A stretch of 64,000 nucleotides of DNA. Origin: an uncultured bacterium. GTDB lineage: Bacteria; Desulfobacterota_D; UBA1144; Nemesobacterales; UBA2774. The notes below the pieces were generated by a model. The model saw only the letters and a list, made by a program, of their open reading frames with translations. It was not told the DNA's origin and did not search any database. This document shows, in pieces, positions 60,148 to 64,000 of the stretch (its first letter is position 1; each line of letters starts with the position of its first letter). The stretch is taken from contig CAWGRW010000009.1 in assembly GCA_963825135.1 (NCBI GenBank), forward strand, positions 1,696,001 through 1,760,000. Reading direction: 5' to 3'. The position numbers were made by a program, and so were the translations under genes.

Positions 60148-61515
60148 CTACCTCTTCTCGACTGTCATCCTCATCCCGTACTTCGGGCGGATAGTGATAA
60201 GCGGGTCAGGCTCGACCCTCTGGCCCGGAGCGAGGCTCATCTTCCACCGGGAGGCGATTGCGGCGATCAGAAGCACGCCCTCCATCCACGCGAAGGGCTC
60301 CCCTATACAGCGCCTGGGCCCTCCACCGAACGGGAAGTAGGCGAATTTGGGGAGGCGCGAATCCTCTTCCGATCCCCACCTTTCGGGGTCATATTTGAGC
60401 GGGTCCGGATAAAAACGCCCGTCACGGTGCACGACGAACTGGCTCATGTATATATCCGCCCCCGCGGGGACTACATATCCGCCGACCCGGTAATCCTCTA
60501 TAGCGCGCCGGGCGAGCGTCCATGCCGCGGGATAGAGCCTGAGGGCCTCCTTGAAAACCCCGTGCGTATATGGGAGCTTGCCGAGGTCGTTCATGGAAGG
60601 AAGCCGCCCGCCCAGAACGGTGTCGATCTCTTCGTGGAGCTTCTTTTCGGCTCCGGGGTTTTGAGAGAGGAGATACCACGTCCACGTGAGGGAATTGGCC
60701 ATCGTCTCCTGCCCGGCAAGGAATAGGGTTATCGCCTCGTCTCTCACCTGCCTATCGCTCATACCCTTCCCGTCCCCCTCTTCGTCCCTCGCTTCGAGCA
60801 GCATCGAGAGGAGGTCGTCTTTCTGCCCCGCATCCCTCCGTCTTTCGTCTATGAGTCTGTAAATCACGTTGTCGAGCCGGCTCACCGCAAGAAGCCCGCG
60901 TTTATTCCCCGGGAGGGGCAGGTAGTCGAGGATTTCGGAGAACGGGAATACGAACCTCGGAAAAAGGTTCACAATTTCCGTGAGTGATTTGACGATCTCG
61001 TCCGATTCGGATTCGACGTCGGCGTCGAAGAGGGTCTTGCTCACGACTGCGAGCGTGAGCCTCGTCATCTCCGCGTGCATATCGACCGTGTCTCCATTCT
61101 TCCATCCCCCGCCCGTGCGCGAGCCGTGTTCAGCCATAACGTCGCCGTAGGATTTTATCCTCTTGTAGTGAAATACCGGCTGAACGATTCTCCTCTGTCT
61201 CAGGTGTAACTCCCCTTCGCTCGTGAGAAGCCCATCGCCCAGGACTATCCTGGCCCGGTTAAGCGCGCGGCTCTTGGTGAAGTTGCGGTTGTGTGTGACG
61301 AGCACGTCCTTGATGTGCTCCGGGTCGTTCAGGAGGTATAACCTCCGCGAGCCCAGTCTGAAGTAAACGATGTCCCCGAACTCTTCTGAAATCTTTGTGA
61401 GGAAACCGAGCGGGTCTCTGAAATAGTCGAGAAGGGAGCCTATGAAAGGCAGGCCCCTCGGCCCCGGAGGCAGCTGCGGTTTATTAATCCGGTACTCTTT
61501 TTTCGCGGCTTCCAT
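60148..61515 (-). CDS. Cytochrome P450
   Basis: PPGP, AGQET, EALR (ExxR), PERW, FGGGPRRCIG; start placed at ATG 61515 because a promoter overlaps the longer ORF start. Confidence 0.95.
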   Translation of the reverse strand: MEAAKKEYRINKPQLPPGPRGLPFIGSLLDYFRDPLGFLTKISEEFGDIVYFRLGSRRLYLLNDPEHIKDVLVTHNRNFTKSRALNRARIVLGDGLLTSEGELHLRQRRIVQPVFHYKRIKSYGDVMAEHGSRTGGGWKNGDTVDMHAEMTRLTLAVVSKTLFDADVESESDEIVKSLTEIVNLFPRFVFPFSEILDYLPLPGNKRGLLAVSRLDNVIYRLIDERRRDAGQKDDLLSMLLEARDEEGDGKGMSDRQVRDEAITLFLAGQETMANSLTWTWYLLSQNPGAEKKLHEEIDTVLGGRLPSMNDLGKLPYTHGVFKEALRLYPAAWTLARRAIEDYRVGGYVVPAGADIYMSQFVVHRDGRFYPDPLKYDPERWGSEEDSRLPKFAYFPFGGGPRRCIGEPFAWMEGVLLIAAIASRWKMSLAPGQRVEPDPLITIRPKYGMRMTVEKR

Positions 61516-61525
61516 GATTAGTTCA

Positions 61526-61554
61526 AGAATATGGAATCGCGGATAGAGTGTCAA
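61526..61554 (-). promoter_or_regulatory. sigma70 promoter of the P450 gene
   Basis: TTGACA-N17-TATTCT, ending 10 nt before ATG 61515. Confidence 0.6.
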
Positions 61555-61643
61555 CAACGCTCCGGGCTGTAATCCCCCCTTAGCTAATATTCTTGTAATG
61601 GAACCGCTCTCTGGTGTAAATTATTCCGGGAGAGGAGACGGTA

Positions 61644-62111
61644 ATGGAAGACATAAAGACACTCCGCCGGATATTGAACGATTATAAAACAATTGCCGTC
61701 GTCGGGCTCTCCGACAAATGGAACCGACCGAGCTATTTCGCCGCCAAGTACCTCCAGGAGCACGGCTACAGGATAATTCCGGTCAACCCCGGGCATAAAG
61801 AGATCCTCGGTGAGAAGTGTTATGCGAGCCTCCTGGACATTCCGGAGAAGGTCGAAGTCGTCGAGATATTCAGGAAGTCAGAAGACGTCCCGCCCATAGT
61901 CGAAGACGCGATAAAGATAGGGGCGAAAGTCGTATGGATGCAGCTCGGGATTATTAACGAGGAGGCCGCGAAGCGCGCGAGGGAGGCGGGGCTCGAGGTC
62001 GTCATGAACAGGTGCATGAAGATAGAGCACGGACGGCTCTTCGGGGGGATTAATTTTATCGGGGTCAACCGCGGGATAATTTCGTCCAAAAGGCCGAAAC
62101 ATGTCCCGTAG
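61644..62111 (+). CDS. CoA-binding protein (YccU-like)
   Basis: IAVVGLS, IIPVNP, VWMQLG, VVMNRCMKIEH. Confidence 0.92.
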   Translation: MEDIKTLRRILNDYKTIAVVGLSDKWNRPSYFAAKYLQEHGYRIIPVNPGHKEILGEKCYASLLDIPEKVEVVEIFRKSEDVPPIVEDAIKIGAKVVWMQLGIINEEAAKRAREAGLEVVMNRCMKIEHGRLFGGINFIGVNRGIISSKRPKHVP

Positions 62112-62142
62112 CTTATTTGCCGTGAAGACGCCGGGGCGTTAA

Positions 62143-63492
<1,350 letters not shown>

Positions 63493-63546
63493 CCGGATCA
63501 AAATACCCTCGGGCTTCCCGTACGGCTTGCGCAAGATGAAATTCTC

Positions 63547-64000
63547 ATGGAAAAAGATATGAAAGTAGGGATCGCGCTCGGAGGGGGAGGGGCCAAAGGG
63601 TTCGCCCATATAGGCGTACTCAAGGCTCTCGGGCAGGCGGGCATTGAATTCGACATCGTAGCGGGCACGAGCATCGGGGCGCTCGTAGGCGCGGTTTACG
63701 CTTCGGGGAAGCTCTCCGAATTAGAGCGCATCTCGAGACGGTACGGAGTAAAGGACCTCCCATTTCTTCTCGGCCCCACATGGCCGCGGAAGGGCCTCTT
63801 CAGCGGCAACTATATAGAGCGCCTGCTGAACGATATAGTGCATGTGAAAAATATAGAGGATTTAGGAAAACCCTTCGCCGCTCTCGCGGTCGATCTGAAT
63901 AAAGCCGAAATCGTTACTTTTACGCGCGGGAATCTTTACAGGGCCGTACACGCCAGCATGTCTATTCCGGGTCTGTTCAAGCCCGTAATAGACGGGGGTA
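63547..64000 (+). CDS. Patatin-like phospholipase, truncated by the window end
   Basis: Manual translation: IALGGGGAKGFAHIGVL, VAGTSIGA, ASMSIPGLF; start is 63547 or 63559. Confidence 0.88.
   Translation, partial: MEKDMKVGIALGGGGAKGFAHIGVLKALGQAGIEFDIVAGTSIGALVGAVYASGKLSELERISRRYGVKDLPFLLGPTWPRKGLFSGNYIERLLNDIVHVKNIEDLGKPFAALAVDLNKAEIVTFTRGNLYRAVHASMSIPGLFKPVIDGG

Overview
Gene-dense bacterial chromosomal window, mostly housekeeping, with no integrase, transposase, prophage or CRISPR array visible. Taxonomy cannot be fixed from sequence alone. Main content: an envelope-hydrolase cluster (membrane sulfatase-like protein, frameshifted phosphodiesterase, atypical subtilase with a GGC-CTERM-like anchor); tRNA-Ser(CGA) and tRNA-Gly(GCC); a JAB-DinG helicase fusion; mtgA, gyrA, proB, mltG; copA plus a cupredoxin; csp, tpx, bioD; a complete alternative complex III operon (actABCDEF); a GldC homologue; rnhB, dapA, asd, crcB; alpha-2-macroglobulin plus pbpC; a P450; metY. 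The strongest novelty candidate is a RavA/MoxR-type AAA+ gene whose 3' end contains an A11 run ending in the A_AAA_AAG slippery heptamer. The -1 frame there is open through an acidic/Pro-rich linker into a VWA domain, suggesting one locus makes a 320-aa ATPase and a 703-aa AAA-linker-VWA fusion by recoding; a homopolymer sequencing error must be excluded. Four small ORFs below the ORF-track cut-off were also found: two lipoprotein-like peptides, a coupled single-TM ORF after actF, and a 26-aa membrane peptide with its own promoter, operator-like palindrome and terminator-like hairpin. All family calls are from manual motif recognition; no searches were run.
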